DNA of 63,904 bases, the filler included, from Squatina squatina (lineage: Eukaryota): assembly GCA_031763465.1 (NCBI GenBank). It is 20 parts of one record of this genome, joined end to end, with 100 filler letters (N's around TTAATTAATTAA, not from the genome) between each part and the next. Parts side by side here need not be neighbours in the genome. Positions count along the whole stretch, not along the records: positions 22,807 to 26,987 come from JARFOE010000162.1; positions 27,088 to 35,704 come from JARFOE010000162.1; positions 35,805 to 40,698 come from JARFOE010000162.1; 17 more parts are not named here. One strand, written 5' to 3'. Positions 24,141-36,195 of this stretch are shown here, piece by piece. Each line of letters opens with the position of its first letter. Position 1 is the stretch's first letter. Under the pieces are notes generated by a model. It ran no database searches, had not been told where the DNA came from, and saw only the letters and a list, made by a program, of their open reading frames with translations. Position numbers and translations under genes: made by a program.

Positions 24141-24764
24141 GATTCCGCTGGACGGAATGGGAACAGCACTGAGGAAATTCCTGCCATGGGGAGAAAGGAG
24201 TTAAATTGTAACTAATGATGATCTGTTTCAATAAAATGAGTCACAGGGTGTTAAGATTATTTATAGCAATACATGAAAGAGCTCCAGTAAGTCATTTTGA
24301 GTGTGTTTTTTTTTTAGGAAACTTAAATATCTTTTGTGTGGTTATGAGAAATGCCCTGGACTGGAAAGGTAAAAGGCTTCTGCAGTTTGTGGCCAGGTTT
24401 CCTGTGGGAAGAAACAGCTCCACACAATGTTCTAATAAGTGATACTTTGCAAAAGTATAATTGCTGAATACTGAATAATAGCCTAAAGTACAAAATACAA
24501 AACGAAAGTTGATAATATAGGACCTGTGCTTATCGGTTGCTGGTTGCACCTGTACACCATTAAGGCGCGGTCATCCCAATACAACTGGGGGAGGGTCAGG
24601 GTTTGGAATATCAAGTGCCAGCAGCTAGTAAAGGGCTGCCGACTGCCTCTAAAGTACTGCCCTTNNNNNNNNNNNNNNNNNNNNNNNNNNNNNNNNNNNN
24701 NNNNNNNNNNNNNNNNNNNNNNNNNNNNNNNNNNNNNNNNNNNNNNNNNNNNNNNNNNNNNNNN

Positions 24765-25002
24765 GCGCAAGTCTCACCCCCAACTATCTGGAACTCCCTC
24801 CTTAAATCCCTTCAGCTCTCTAATTCCATATACTCCTTTAAATATCTCCTTAAAACCCACCTTTCTGACTTCACCTTTAGTCATTTTCTGTAACCTCTTT
24901 TCCGTGGCTCTACATCTGCTCCTCTTATTATTCCTTTGTAACGTGATTTAATACATTTTGTATGTTAAAGGCGCCAATTGAATGCAAGTTGTTGTTGCTG
25001 TT
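24765..25002 (+). mobile_element. L2 3' end
   Basis: Peptide IWNSLLKSLQLSNSIYSFKYLLKTHL and tail GTTAAAGGCGCCAATTGAATGCAAGTTGTTGTTG. Confidence 0.8.
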
Positions 25003-25031
25003 CTGAACCTGCACGTGCACTGGTGCTCTCT

Positions 25032-25375
25032 GAAAGAAAAAGAAAGACTTGCATTTATGTAGTGCCTTTCACGACCTCAGGTTATTCCCAAAGTGCTTTA
25101 CAACTAGGGTGACCAGGGTTTTGCCGGGACAGTCCCGGTTTTTGGGTCCTGTGGCCTGATAATTACCCTCAAAATTGCTCAAATGTCCTGTTTTTTTGTG
25201 CCCACTTGAATGCGCAGTCCCAGCGGGGACCTGACTGTGCATGCGCAGTCCCAGCAAAGAACGGATTGCGCGTTTGCAGACCGATTGTCCCAATTTGCCT
25301 CCTTTCCAATCAGAGCACCCTATTTACAGCCAATGAAATACTTTTGAAGTGTAGTCACTGTTATAATGTAGGAAA
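25032..25375 (-). mobile_element. DeuSINE 3' tail, interrupted by a hAT MITE
   Basis: AAAGACTTGCATTTATGTAGTGCCTTTCACGACCTCAG...CTTTACA|GCCAATGAAATACTTTTGAAGTGTAGTCAC is continuous once the MITE and one TSD copy are removed. Confidence 0.85.
25105..25322 (+). mobile_element. hAT (Blackjack-like) MITE with 8-bp TSD
   Basis: Ends are TAGGGTGACCAG and CAGAGCACCCTA. TSD is TTTACAAC (25097-25104) / TTTACAGC (25323-25330). Confidence 0.85.
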
Positions 25376-27087
25376 AAGCTTTGAAGGAAATTGGAACTTG
25401 TACCACCATTACTGTTAGGCAGGTACAACCCTGTCAACATAAACCAGACACCATTGCTTAATGTGTCACTGATGCTGACTCTCTTTCATATAACAGCATA
25501 ACAAACTAGATGGCTGATGGTCCTTAATGAAGCCATATACTAACACTTTAATAAGCAAGTACCAGTCCTCAGTGAGGCCTGTTTCTGTGGGTTCCATTAG
25601 TACCATCTCTCGCTCTAACAGATGAGGTCGACAAACATGAGCCCTCGGTGAGGCCTAGCTCTGCAGCTCCAATATATTTCTCTAATAAGCAAGCTGAGTT
25701 AATGACAACCCTGATAGTGAGTCCCGTCTCTGCAGGCCTCATAGTCACAGTGAAATGAGTTTTCAGCAACTCGATTCAAATCCTAATGGACACCGCTCTG
25801 CACTTGAAAACTGACATGAATTTGTAAATATGCAGCTTAATTTATCACCGTCAGTTTATCAGAGAGAGAAAAGTGTGGGAAATAAATGTCATAATGGCTT
25901 CTATGGAGGAGGGGGTTAGTCTTCTGAGGTCATGGTTGAGTGCATTACTATGTTTTGCGTTACTTCTGAGGACAAGGGGGGAACATATTTCATTTCCCAG
26001 CCTTATGCTCCTTCGCACAAATGAGCAGTAAAACCACATTCCTGGATTGTTTTTTGTTTGCTTATTTTATTAAGTAAAAGTCTGACATGGTAATACTACT
26101 TGTCAGAGAAATAAGACTCCCGTAAATCAGTTACTTTATTGCCAAACCTGTTTCTTCACATGTATTCTTCCTTTTAAAGATAAAGTGCAACCGTTGTTAA
26201 CCCCCATCTGAACTGTCTGGTCATATAGGCCCGCCCATCACACTCCAATTCAAACTGAATTTGGGTTAAATAAGATAAAGCCAGGAGACGGAGCATCAAC
26301 CATGTATTTCATCTGTTGATGTTGCAACCATTGCTGAGGTGCCATTTCCACTTTGGTATTTTTTTAATTGACCTTCTTTTAAATTGTGCATTTGATTAAT
26401 GCTTGTAGTGCTAAGGTTTAAATAATTGGGAGCAAAGAAGTGACAGATTTAGAAGGTTATGAGTTTCAGTTCCACACAACATTAAATCGAAAGGCTGTAT
26501 AAAATACAAAATCGATCTTGTTTTGCTCAGTATGGAGAAGATGCAAAGAAAGATCTAACTTCAGTGCTTGCGGGCCTATGTTCTTTTCTAATTTTGGTAG
26601 TGACTGATTATAAATAATGATTATTGAGTCGAGGTGAGATGGTCTAATTGCTATGCAAAGTTGAGGGTTTATGACTCTGCTCTAGAAAAGAGGAAATGAC
26701 CAACTTTATTTACAACTGCGCAGGTTCAACTGGGGCTTGACAGGCTGATATCTGCTGGCAGTGCCCAAGGAGTTATTCTCACCAACCCTGACAGCTCCAG
26801 TACACACCTGAAAGCAATTAACAAGAGCACATTTCCCTCACATTTCTATGCAGTGACCCGGAGCTGTGCGCCATTATACAGGACACTTCATCATTCCCTT
26901 GTCATAACTGCTGTTCTAAACACTTCCCAGACCTGAGCCAAAACCAAACAAGCAAATAAGGGGCTGGGAACTTGCCTTGTGGTTTTCNNNNNNNNNNNNN
27001 NNNNNNNNNNNNNNNNNNNNNNNNNNNNNNNTTAATTAATTAANNNNNNNNNNNNNNNNNNNNNNNNNNNNNNNNNNNNNNNNNNNN

Positions 27088-27250
27088 TTTGAAATAGTGT
27101 CATGGGATCTTTTATGTCCACTTGAGAGAGCAGACGGGGCCTCGGTGTAACATCTCATCAGAAAGACGGCACCTCCAACGGTACAACACTCCCTCAGCTC
27201 TACACTGGGAGTGTCAGCCTGGCTTTATGTGCTCAAGTCCCTGGAGTGGG
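27088..27250 (-). mobile_element. DeuSINE fragment
   Basis: GAAATAGTGTCATGGGATCTTTTATGTCCACTTGAGAGAGCAGACGGGGCCTCGG. Confidence 0.85.
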
Positions 27251-27264
27251 AGACTTTGTACCCA

Positions 27265-27545
27265 TAATGCAAACTCCTCCAACCCTACACACCTCAAGCA
27301 CTCTCCATTCTTCTCACTGTGGTCTCTTTTGCATCCCCGCTAGCTCTGCTGCCCATTTGGTGTCAATGCCTTTTAGCTATCTTGTCTCCAAACTCTGGAT
27401 CACTCTCCCTAAACCCTTCAGCATTACTACCTCTCTCTCCCTTCCTTCTAAAACTTGCACAAACCTTACGTCTTTGACCCTGGCCTTGGTCACCTCTCCT
27501 AATTTTTAATCTTTTCCCTGCTCCTCACCAATTTCTGCCTCTGAG
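27265..27545 (+). mobile_element. Old L2 3' fragment
   Basis: Peptide FSYLVSKLWITLPKPFSITTSLS, compared with AFSCQGPKLWNFLPKPSHLSTSLSS in the 171-704 copy. Confidence 0.65.
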
Positions 27546-28819
27546 AAGCAATTTTGCTATGTTATACAGTGTAGCAAAATGTTCCAGGTTGCTCCGCTGA
27601 GACACACTGTTGTTGATATTTTCTGAGTGCAATCCAATTGATTGACAAGAAACATGAGGATTGAAATCATGATGTGCAGTATTTTTGATCTAGACCTTAC
27701 TGTACTTGCATGACATTCTTCTATTATAACAAATGGCTTGGTTAAAGTAGCAGAGAAAGAATTTCACATGAATGGGTCAATGGGATCATAGCTAATATTT
27801 CACAGTGCAATTACAACTCCAGAATTTGCATTAGTGGGCTGCTAAAGGTCATGATATAAGGGCTAAACATATTTAAAGGATATTACTTTGTAGATGTAAC
27901 GAAGTTTGGGACTGTCAGGATAAATTTAGGAAATTGCACTTCAGGCAAAGGGCGTTGCNNNNNNNNNNNNNNNNNNNNNNNNNNNNNNNNNNNNNNNNNN
28001 NNNNNNNNNNNNNNNNNNNNNNNNNNNNNNNNNNNNNNNNNNNNNNNNNNNNNNNNNNCCCAATAAGATGCAATTTAAATGCAAGTCCTTTCTATGTTTT
28101 GGTATGGCTCAGCTATTCATAGCTGGATAGGTTCTGAGCTATCAAGAGAGCTTTGTATTTCCCTTTTATAAATATTTAATATTAAAATAAAACAGTCACT
28201 GAACACACCGTTGCTCATTCCTTTGTGTATAAAGACAATTTGTAAAATGACAATATATGTTTAAGTGAGGTAGCCGACACGGGGAGAAGTGTGATGAGAA
28301 TACTAAAGTGTTTACTCCTGGGTTTGTGCAGCTCCAGATCATTTGGTCCAAAATTATGACCCCCATTAACATGAATGAAGCTGCTCCAGAAAGCAGGCAG
28401 TTCCTCCCCCTCATCAGTGAAGTCCTCAGAGCAGCTTTGGGCAGCAATTCTTTTCACAGTATCATTCTCTGTCTTTTTCTATCTTAGGACAGAAAGCATA
28501 TCCCATAGGCCCTCCTTTTCCATTCAATCATATGGGGTGAATATCTATGGACAGTTTCGCTGCTGTAAATCCCGGGAAAAATGTAATAAATTAATACTTA
28601 CACAGTTTTTCCAAGGTTTCCGCAGCTCTTCCACCAAAGTCACATTGGCCGAGTAGGAGAAACCTGCGGAAATTCCCCATGTAGTTTCANNNNNNNNNNN
28701 NNNNNNNNNNNNNNNNNNNNNNNNNNNNNNNNNNNNNNNNNNNNNNNNNNNNNNNNNNNNNNNNNNNNNNNNNNNNNNNNNNNNNNNNNGGAGGTAAACA
28801 CAGCAGTCGTTTTGCTAGT

Positions 28820-28988
28820 AGGTCATTTTGATTTTGGGCCAGAGTGTAACAATGGGCGATATCAGATCAGCCATCCATTATACATTTATACTGAAGTCAC
28901 TGGAAATGAAAATGGGGAAAGATGTATAATGGGCGATAGACCCTATATCGAGTGTTTAACACTCTCGCCAGAGGTCAAAATTACTCCC
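28820..28988. mobile_element. Fold-back (palindromic) MITE
   Basis: Left arm GGTCATTTTGATTTTGGGCCAGAGTGTAAC...CCATTATACAT pairs imperfectly with right arm ATGTATAATGG...TTAACACTCTCGCCAGAGGTCAAAATTACTC. Confidence 0.65.
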
Positions 28989-28997
28989 ACGCGCTTC

Positions 28998-29238
28998 AAG
29001 ATCCCTTAAGCAGTAAATGAGATGAACAACCAGCTAATCAGGGAGGAATGTTGGTCAAGGCACCAAGTTGACTCTCTACTCTTTGTCCCATAAAGCCATG
29101 AGACCACCCGAACCACTGGAAGAGATGGACAGGGCCTCGATTTATCTTATCCAAAAGATGGCACTTCAAACAATACAGTGCACCTGTCTTGAAGCCACAT
29201 CCTTCTAACTCAGAGACAAGATTGTTACCAAATGAGCC
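28998..29238 (-). mobile_element. Highly diverged DeuSINE
   Basis: Remnants ATGAGATGAACAACCAG, ACAGGGCCTCGATTTATCTTATCCAAAAGATGGCAC and CCTTCTAACTCAGAG occur in the expected order. Confidence 0.55.
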
Positions 29239-29620
29239 TCAGACCTTGAAATAGGAACTCACTTCCTTCTCCAGCACTGAACTTCCTCACATTGATGAGC
29301 ACAAAAATTTTATCCCCCCTCCCTTCCCCAAAAACAAAGTTATATAATCAAAGCTTCCTATGAATGAATAAATACAATATAGACACAGACACAGATTATC
29401 ATCACCACTGTCTGCAGGACCTGGACCTAAAAGAATCTGAATTTGAGATGAAGTGCTGATCATAAATGGTGATAAAAAGAGCAATTCACCCAAGCAATCT
29501 ATATCTGAAATGTTGATCCATCCTTTGTCTTTTGAGATACAGATGGACCTGGTGTCTGTTTGCTGCTTTTACTTCAGGTCTCCAGAAACTACTGTTTTTT
29601 AAAATTTTGTGAAGATCCAA

Positions 29621-29937
29621 CCATAAGAACATAGGAACCGGAGTAGGTCATTAGGCCTCTTGAGCCTGCTCAACTGGATCTGTTTCTTAACTCCATACCT
29701 GCCTTGGTGACATATCCCTTAATACGCTTGCCTAACAAAAGTCTATCGATCTCAGTTTTGAAATTTTGCGGGGAAGAGCCTTCCAGATTTTCATTTCTCT
29801 TTGTGTGAGGAAGTGCTTCCCGACAGCACCCCTGAACGGCCTAGCTCTAATGTTAAGGTTATGCCTCCTTGTTTTGGACTGCCCCCACCAGAGGAAATAG
29901 TTTCTCTCCATCTACCCGATCAAATCCTTCAATCATA
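29621..29937 (-). mobile_element. CR1 3' end
   Basis: CCATAAGAACATAGGAACCGGAGTAGGTCATT tail and CACCAGAGGAAATAGTTTCTCTCCATCTACC body. Confidence 0.8.
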
Positions 29938-29956
29938 GGTTGGAAATGGTGGTTGC

Positions 29957-30411
29957 AGAAAGAAAGATTTGCATTTATATTACTTGCACCGGACGTCTCA
30001 AAACGCTTTACAGCCAATGAAGTATATTTGGAGTGAAGTCACTGTTGCAATGTGGGAAATGCGGCAGCCAATGTGCACAGCAAGCTCCCACAAACGGCAA
30101 TGTAATAATGACCAAATAATCTGTGTGTGTTATGTTGATTGAGGGATAAATATTGGCCAGGACACCGGGGATACTCCCCAGTGCTTCTTCGAAATAGTGC
30201 CATGGGATCTTTTATGCCCACCTGACAGAGCAGACGGGGTCTCGGTTTAACATCTCATCCAAAAGGCAGCACCTCTGACAGTGCGGCGCTCCATCAGCAC
30301 TGCACTGGAGTGTCAGTCTAGATTTACGTACTCAGGTCCCTGGACTGGGACTTGAACCCACAGACCTTCTAACTCCGAGGCAAGGGTACTACCAACTGAG
30401 CCACAGCTGAC
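29957..30411 (-). mobile_element. DeuSINE (SacSINE1-like), full length
   Basis: Minus strand has a tRNA-like head with A box TGGCTCAGTTGG and B box GGTTCAAGTCC, the Deu core, and an L2-type tail ending (CTTT)n. Confidence 0.92.
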
Positions 30412-31610
30412 ACTACAAATGGTTAAATGCTTAATGTGTTTTGTGTTACATTCCACTATGTTGACAAAGACAAAAAACACATTGAAACTGTACCTTTTAT
30501 ATTTGTTCTGGGGGATAAAAAAAGCACCGTTCTGTTCTTTCATGATCAGCGGTGAGACTCTCGTTCTGTGCACCCTGATCACTAGTAATGACCAGTATGT
30601 GATGCAGTGAGGAAGGGGAGCGGCATATGTACCCATCAATGCTTTAGGACTTACCTGAGAGCTCTTCAGCAGAGAACATTTAAAAAAACTCATTTATTTA
30701 TTTTTGTTTTTGGTCTTTGAAGTGTCGACGGATTGCCGATCAAAACCTAAACATGTCAAAGCTATAGCCCATTGGGCGAACAACCACTGGAGCACAGACG
30801 TTAAACAGAGTTTCAGTTACCCCCTTTTCTGATAAAGCCTAGCCTCTGGGCCTTGCTTGCTTTTTCCATTTCCTGCGGTTTCTTTTCCATGAGCAGTTGT
30901 CACTACGTTTCTTTACTGCAAGACCGTGGTACGACATCGTCAGATTCTCTGCTTCCCTTGGTTTGTTTGATAAATTGGGATCAGGGGTCGCTCAGTCGGA
31001 GATTTGAGAGATTNNNNNNNNNNNNNNNNNNNNNNNNNNNNNNNNNNNNNNNNNNNNNNNNNNNNNNNNNNNNNNNNNNNNNNNNNNNNNNNNNNNNNNN
31101 NNNNNNNNNNNNNTTAATACTCCATCTGGCCAGATTCATGATTGTCGAACAGAGGAATGCTTGATTTTATAAGGGGAGAAAAATAAACCTGAAAGAGTAT
31201 TTCAGATATAGACTGAAAGAGCATTTTAAGGTTTTGTGGATTTATGATTTGGAAAAGAATTTAAGGATGGCATTTTCTGACCAGTGTTTGAAGTTCAATA
31301 GATTAATATATCTCATGGGTGACATTGAACTTTAATTCTGGAGCTAATTAATGGTGAAGGACAGACTGTACAGTATTTCAGAATAATGATATTGTTAATG
31401 TCTTTTAATGATGACTTTAATTTCTATGGCTAAGATCTGTTAAAGGAATGAATATATGGTACAAAGGAATTGATCACAATGTTGTCATTATGTTTAATGT
31501 TGAATAAATCCAATGAAAAAGTGCCAGATTCAGGTCCCAGTGGCTGCGAGGAGCATGGTTTCATAACCCACCGCTGCCAGAATTTGTGGTACTGGTAACC
31601 TTTGGCTTTA

Positions 31611-32064
31611 AAAAGAAAGAGTTGCATTTCTATCGCACCTCTCATGACCTTGAGGCATCCCAAGGTGCTTTACAGCCAATGAAGTACTTTTGAAGTGTCG
31701 TCACTGTTGTCATGTAGGAAACGCAGCAGCCAATTTGCGCACAGCAAGCTCCCACAAACAGCAATGTGATCATAACCAGATAATTTTTTTTTTCAGTGAT
31801 GTTGGTTGAGGGATAGATATTGATCAGGATGCCAGGGAGAACTCTTCTGCTCTTCTTTGAAATAGTGGCCATGGAATCTTCAATGCCCACCTGAGAGGGC
31901 AGACGGGGTCTCTGTTTAATGTCGCATCCAAAAGACGGCACCTCTGACAGTGCAGCACTCCCTCAGTTAACCTGGATTTTTGTGCTCAAGTCTCTGGAGT
32001 GGGGCTTGAACTCAAAACCTTCTGGCTTGGAGGCGAGAGTGCTACCCACCGAGCCGTGGCTGAC
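31611..32064 (-). mobile_element. DeuSINE, full length
   Basis: Collinear with 29957-30411. Head GTCAGCCACGGCTCGGTGGGTAGCAC, B box GAGTTCAAGCC. Confidence 0.92.
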
Positions 32065-32074
32065 ACACTGGGGT

Positions 32075-32520
32075 TATCGAGATGATGCTGCCCAGGGTTG
32101 AGGAGCTGTGGGTGTGAAGAGAAACTGAGACTCGTCACCAGCACAGAAAGTGATCGGAGAGAGGTGTTGAAAATGATACGAGCTTTTGATAAGGTGATTG
32201 GGGAGAAACTATTTCCACTGGTCCGTGAGTCAGTTGCCAGAGCGCGGAAACTAAAATCACCACCAAAAGATCAAAGGGAGAGGTTAGCAGTGTTTTTTTT
32301 TTAATATGCTGAGGGTTGTTGGGACATGGAATGCCCTACCAGAAACAATGGGGAAATAAACATTTATGTTAGATTTTAAAAGCAAAGTTAATAAATGTCC
32401 AAAATAGAAACATTTGCAGAAGCGTACATGGAAATAGTGGGGAAATGGGACTAAGCGCTTTTAGACAGGCAGCACCAGTGCAATGGACCAAATAGTCTCC
32501 TGCTGAGCTGCAACATTCCA
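32075..32520 (+). mobile_element. Old CR1 3' end
   Basis: Peptide EVLKMIRAFDKVIGEKLFPLVRES and tail remnant ATGGACCAAATAGTCTCCT. Confidence 0.7.
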
Positions 32521-34870
32521 CATCAGCAAAATTAAAAAGCAAGATATCTGGAATGGACGAATCACAGCCACTTAATTTATGTCATTTTAAGCTCTCTCAC
32601 ACTCCGTTCTGTTTAAAACACACACAATAATGCCTTCATTTTAAATACTGAAATTTCTGCTTTTTATCGTATCACATGCAAACTCCTCAGTCCAGGTGGT
32701 GGGCAGGTGCCCAGCACTGACTGGGTGCAGCTGTCGACCTGCCAGTGAGATCTGTTTCTCAACTCAGCACGGCTACGAGAACACCAGCAAGACTGATCAT
32801 TTGCTCATTGTTTTAATAGCGTCTGGGACAGGTGACTGTTTCATACCATTGGTACTTGACTGCTTGCAGAAGGAGAACTGAACAAGAAGCGAGGATAGAG
32901 AAACACGAGTGGAAAGCAAACAATACGACAGACCAGCACATCCAGGAGACAAACAAAACACATCTGAAGATAGTGAGTAAGCACTCATCAACAGCAGGAA
33001 TTAGGCCCGGCGTAACTGGAAAAATAGCTGCCGCACTTTATGCCAGGACCACCAACCACTGCTGGTGTATCTATATATCTGGCATAAGACGGCAGTAAAA
33101 CAAGTGGCAACACAGTGGTGCAAGATACCTGCTTTGCAACAAATTATTGGTTTAATTTTTAGGGTTAGCTGCAACACAAACCCAAACATAACGTGTGCCA
33201 TTTTCTCAATGAATTATTTATTGTTCTGCTTCTCCTATTTTTAATGGAGCACTTTTAGCCACAAGTAATTTTGAATATGTCAGTTTATAAGTGGATCACT
33301 GTTTGGCAGTCCATTTAATGCATGCAGAGAGTAAATGACTGGGGAAAAGAGGTTGGATTGATTAGAAAGTTAGAACCTGGTGCTTGATCACGCATGCATG
33401 CCAACTCCGACACACTGGGTGTTAAAGTAATAGCAAGACTATTAGTCTAATACAAAATGCACGCTCTTTCCCCATAGGGAGACATCCCACTTATCTAAAT
33501 CCAGAGAGTTTAATCTCGGCTTAGCAAGAACCAAGCCTTAGTCAATTATGTCTATGGATACTGTTGGAGTTTACTTAGCACTTGTTAAACATGCCGCTGC
33601 TAAGACCAACCTATCTGCTCAAACATTGACTCGCAACTTTATATTGAGCCGAGTAAGAAGAACCAGTGATGTCCTACCATTGAGTCAGACTGGCTACTCA
33701 ATCATCGTCGGCAGACCTGCCTGGCTCAAAATACCGGATTACTGAGTCTGCCACATAGAAAGTATAATAGACACTTCAAGCCTCTGAAGTCAATTTAATT
33801 CAAGGCCAAAAAAAAAATTCCAAATTTCAGCTGCTTGACAAGAGTCATAGGAGCTGAAAATCTGTGGCAATCAGATCCCAGCATTGATGCTGGAATGCAG
33901 CTCCTGGACTTTCTATGGTGAGGGGAGATTCCCTCGGTTGTATCCCAATGGCTGGTGTCAGCATTACTTGGGGCATATCTGGTTGGCAGTTCTGGGCGGC
34001 GTTGCTGGATGCCACCCTGGAATGAATAGAAAGGTGTCCCCTCAAACCATCTATGTAAGAGGGTTAAAATGGCTCTATTTGGTTTAAATCCAAAAATACA
34101 TAGCACAAAGGATGCAATGCAAAACACACATCAACTTTGTTATTACAGTAATATCGATCATCTGAATTTGACAAATTCACACCTGAAAATATTTGATTGT
34201 CAAATTAATGNNNNNNNNNNNNNNNNNNNNNNNNNNNNNNNNNNNNNNNNNNNNNNNNNNNNNNNNNNNNNNNNNNNNNNNNNNNNNNNNNNNNNNNNNN
34301 NNNNNNNNNNNNNNNNNNNNNNNNNNNNNNNNNNNNNNNNNNNNNNNNNNNNNNNNNNNNNNNNNNNNNNNNNNNNNNNNNNNNNNNNNNNNNNNNNNNN
34401 NNNNNNNNNNNNNNNNNNNNNNNNNNNNNNNNNNNNNNNNNNNNNNNNNNNNNNNNNNNNNNNNNNNNNNNNNNNNNNNNNNNNNNNNNNNNNNNNNNNN
34501 NNNNNNNNNNNNNNNNNNNNNNNNNNNNNNNNNNNNNNNNNNNNNNNNNNNNNNNNNNNNNNNNNNNNNNNNNNNNNNNNNNNNNNNNNNNNNNNNNNNN
34601 NNNNNNNNNNNNNNNNNNNNNNNNNNNNNNNNNNNNNNNNNNNNNNNNNNNNNNNNNNNNNNNNNNNNNNNNNNNNNNNNNNNNNNNNNNNNNNNNNNNN
34701 NNNNNNNNNNNNNNNNNNNNNNNNNNNNNNNNNNNNNNNNNNNNNNNNNNNNNNNNNNNNNNNNNNNNNNNNNNNNNNNNNNNNNNNNNNNNNNNNNNNN
34801 NNNNNNNNNNNNNNNNNNNNNNNNNNNNNNNNNNNNNNNNNNNNNNNNNNNNNNNNNNNNNNNNNNNNNN

Positions 34871-35068
34871 NAATAAGATCACCTCTTATTCTTCTGAACT
34901 CGAGAGAATACAGGACTAATCTACTCAATCTCTCCTCATAGGACAATCCCGCCATCCCAGGAATCAGTCTGGTGAAACTTCGTTGCACTCCCTCTATGGT
35001 GAGTATATCCTTCCTTAGGTAAGGAGACCAAACTGTACACAATACTCTGGTCTCACAAGGCTCTATAT
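34871..35068 (-). mobile_element. CR1 ORF2 fragment (well preserved)
   Basis: VWSPYLRKDILTIEGVQRSFTRLIPGMAGLSYEERLSRLVLYSLEFRRIRGDLI, the typical CR1 post-RT region. Confidence 0.95.
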
Positions 35069-35071
35069 GAA

Positions 35072-35222
35072 CATAGGATCAGGCTCAATTCTGATGCACA
35101 AATACTAGCTAAGTAGCTTGTCTCAATGATAAAGAATGCCCATTTGAGTGAGGTAGTGGAGGGATGCCACCCCTTTTGGAACTGTATCCCAACATCACTC
35201 ACTAGACTCAGGAGAAAGGGAT
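35072..35222 (+). mobile_element. AmnSINE2-like SINE, 3' fragment
   Basis: AGGATCAGGCTC...AAAGAATGCCCATTTGAGTGAGGTAGTGGAGGG...TGGAACTGTATCCCAAC, homologous to 16411-16580(-). Confidence 0.45.
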
Positions 35223-35994
35223 ATTAAAATATGCAGGGGGAATCATTTTTGCCATTTTCAAAGCACAGGGAAAATAGGTGAGTCACAGAACCAGAAGGTT
35301 TTGTTTTTGTAAAGTACTGTTGGAAAAATAACAGAACATTATTAACGGAGTCATCATTAATCTACTGCAGATCTGACATTTTGTTAAATATGAATTTTAA
35401 AATCAGAGTTAACGGCAAAAAATTTGTAAATGTCTATGGAAAAAATGAATGCCTGTATATTTACTATGGGACGTGTTCAGCAATCGGCAGAAACCACAGC
35501 CTTTTCAAGAGGAAATTAAAGCCACAATGCATCATAGTAAAACACCATATTGTCGGACTGTATTTGCAATATCTTTATTTCATCTATAAATGTAGCATTA
35601 AAAATGCAAATGCATTACTGTTCAAGGGGCAAAAAAATCTGAATATTACGCCCCATCTCCTTGTCCGTCTGAAGTGTGTCAGCCCCACGTAAATAAAACA
35701 CATGNNNNNNNNNNNNNNNNNNNNNNNNNNNNNNNNNNNNNNNNNNNNTTAATTAATTAANNNNNNNNNNNNNNNNNNNNNNNNNNNNNNNNNNNNNNNN
35801 NNNNGTTAACGCCATTGGCAAGGAGCTGTGTGCTGCTTACCTTGCATTGTCTGAAGGGAATTTTCTTTTCTCTGTTTATATAGTCCCGCCCCCCCCTCCC
35901 TAGCAACCTGAAGCGCCATTGGCTTTGTTCCAATTACATTTGAGTTGCCTCGGGAAGACAAACACCAGTCAGCATTCCCTCTACTTACTACTAT

Positions 35995-36195
35995 TTTCAG
36001 GGGGGGGCGTCAGGATCCCACTATCCAATGTATCTGCTGGAATGTGCATGTGTAAACATCTGGTGCGAAGAGGATTGGGCTCAGCCGTGACACTCCCAAG
36101 GCAAACTACCTGAAAAATTTATATTTGGGCAGGCTACTGGACTCAGCACCAGCAAGACATTCCACAGCACCTTTAGAAGAGGAGGGAAAATTTGA
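35995..36195 (+). mobile_element. AmnSINE2-like SINE fragment
   Basis: CTATCCAATGTATCTGCTGGAATGTGCATGTGT...GAGGATTGGGCTCAGCCGTGA...AGAGGAGGGAAAATTTG. Confidence 0.45.

Noticed and set aside
30330..30411. tRNA-like sequences with A and B boxes (also near 32000-32064, 39817 and 61462)
   Set aside because: They are SINE heads continuous with the Deu core, not tRNA genes.
34069..35042. Long ORFs of 225-290 aa, and other X-rich ORFs such as 38479-39148
   Set aside because: They are open only because they run through N-gaps.
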